A stretch of 25,081 bases of DNA. Origin: a virus. Lineage: Duplodnaviria > Caudoviricetes. Location: positions 1-25,081 of IMG/VR virus record IMGVR_UViG_3300003375_001426. One strand, given 5' to 3'. The stretch's first letter is position 1, and every line of letters starts with the position of its first letter. Under the pieces are notes generated by a model. That model did not search any database. It saw only the letters and a list, made by a program, of their open reading frames with translations, and was not told the origin of the DNA. A program made the position numbers and the translations under genes. Below, one piece after another: positions 24,178 through 25,081 of the stretch.

Positions 24178-25081
24178 ATGCAAATTAGAGAATTATCAAA
24201 ACCAGTAACAGCTAAACAGCTTAATGAAAGTATGGCTAAACAGTTTGGATACAAACTTAAACTAGAACAGTTTTCAGAAGCTCAACTAGAAGATGTACGC
24301 AATCGTTTACGTACAGAAATGAGCCAACTTGAAGTTAGTGAAAGTTTTGACAGCATCCACGAAAGTCCTAAATATCAAAAGACTCGTGCCCTACTTGATG
24401 TTATCAATCAACACATCCTCGAGCGTGAAGAAGGCATGTATGAAGGCGCAAAACCAGATTTCTTAGATATGGACAAAGATGGCAATAAGAAAGAATCAAT
24501 GAAGAAAGCTATCAAAGATAAAAAAATGAAAAAAGAAAGTGCAGAAATTTATTCAGCACGACTAAGCCAAAAGGCTCAAAAATATGCAGTTCCTGGCAGT
24601 TGGATCAACTCAGCATTAGCACGTATTGAATTAGGTGAAGGCGATCAAGAAGAATTTGTTGCAGAATTAACCACACGTTATGACCTATCAGAAAGCCAGG
24701 CTCAAAGTATTGTATACCTGGCAGAAGGCGAAGAACAAAAAGCATCAGTAATCATGGCTACTAAAGATATGGTTGACCAAATTACAGGCTGGCTAGAAGA
24801 TGTTGCACAGTTAAAAGCTGAACACCTACTAGAATTATTAGACTCTATAAGAGAAACATTCGGCAGTGATGTTGCCGCAAAATATGAACAATCGGTTAAA
24901 CCCGCATTAGAAGCTGTATACTCAGCATTAGAAACAAGTCGTCAAGGCTTATCATCAGGCCTATCAGTAGTATCAGGCGGTGAAGCTCCAACAATGGGTG
25001 CAGAACCTGCACCAGACATGGGCGGTGATATGGGAGGTGCAGAACTTCCTCCACTGCCAGGTGAAGAGCCAGATGCAGGTG
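24178..25081 (+). CDS. Acidic helical protein, 3'-truncated (possible prohead core/scaffold protein; not in the ORF track)
   Basis: ORF MQIRELSKPVTAKQLNES... is open to the window end, with several L-x-E sites, a KPDFLDMDKDGNKKESMKKA motif and a Pro/Gly/acidic tail. Confidence 0.75.
   Translation, partial: MQIRELSKPVTAKQLNESMAKQFGYKLKLEQFSEAQLEDVRNRLRTEMSQLEVSESFDSIHESPKYQKTRALLDVINQHILEREEGMYEGAKPDFLDMDKDGNKKESMKKAIKDKKMKKESAEIYSARLSQKAQKYAVPGSWINSALARIELGEGDQEEFVAELTTRYDLSESQAQSIVYLAEGEEQKASVIMATKDMVDQITGWLEDVAQLKAEHLLELLDSIRETFGSDVAAKYEQSVKPALEAVYSALETSRQGLSSGLSVVSGGEAPTMGAEPAPDMGGDMGGAELPPLPGEEPDAG

Noticed and set aside
24451-24510. EF-hand calcium-binding loop in DMDKDGNKKESM
   Set aside because: It has DxDxDG but lacks the position-8 hydrophobic residue and position-12 Glu, so it cannot be called a canonical EF-hand.
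1-25081. Stop-codon reassignment, tRNA genes, introns or inteins
   Set aside because: Genes tile densely under code 11. No cloverleaf or T-loop motif was seen in the short intergenic gaps, and no interrupted conserved gene was noticed. tRNAscan and Infernal were not run.

Overview
This window is part of the genome of a large, AT-rich, T4-like (myovirus-type) bacteriophage, read with the standard code 11. It is a late/virion region: nearly every transcription unit starts at a TAAATA box resembling the T4 late promoter TATAAATA. The structural part has several tail-fibre/adhesin genes (one with an ILEI/PANDER lectin-like domain), a peptidoglycan-binding tail lysozyme, and many probable head-internal proteins with a T4 capsid-targeting-like N-terminus (MKTFQDYLAE, MKTLKEYLFE, MKINEIINE). 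Some of these tagged proteins are enzymes: a HAD-RibD-like deaminase fusion, an HExxH peptidase and a Pol-beta nucleotidyltransferase. Interspersed host-like genes encode 5-aminolevulinate synthase (hemA, C4 pathway), an AdoMet decarboxylase homolog, YqgE/AlgH, YbaN and a secreted non-specific nuclease. A minus-strand mini-operon (DUF3563-like, tiny ORF, GNAT, phasin-like) may relate to PHA carbon granules. There is also an RNA-level control layer: apparently leaderless late genes, and hairpins that hide ribosome-binding sites at 2576-2604, 16677-16712 and 21109-21180. No CRISPR array, tRNA, rRNA, integrase or reverse transcriptase was seen. All family assignments come from motif recognition by eye; no database searches were run.
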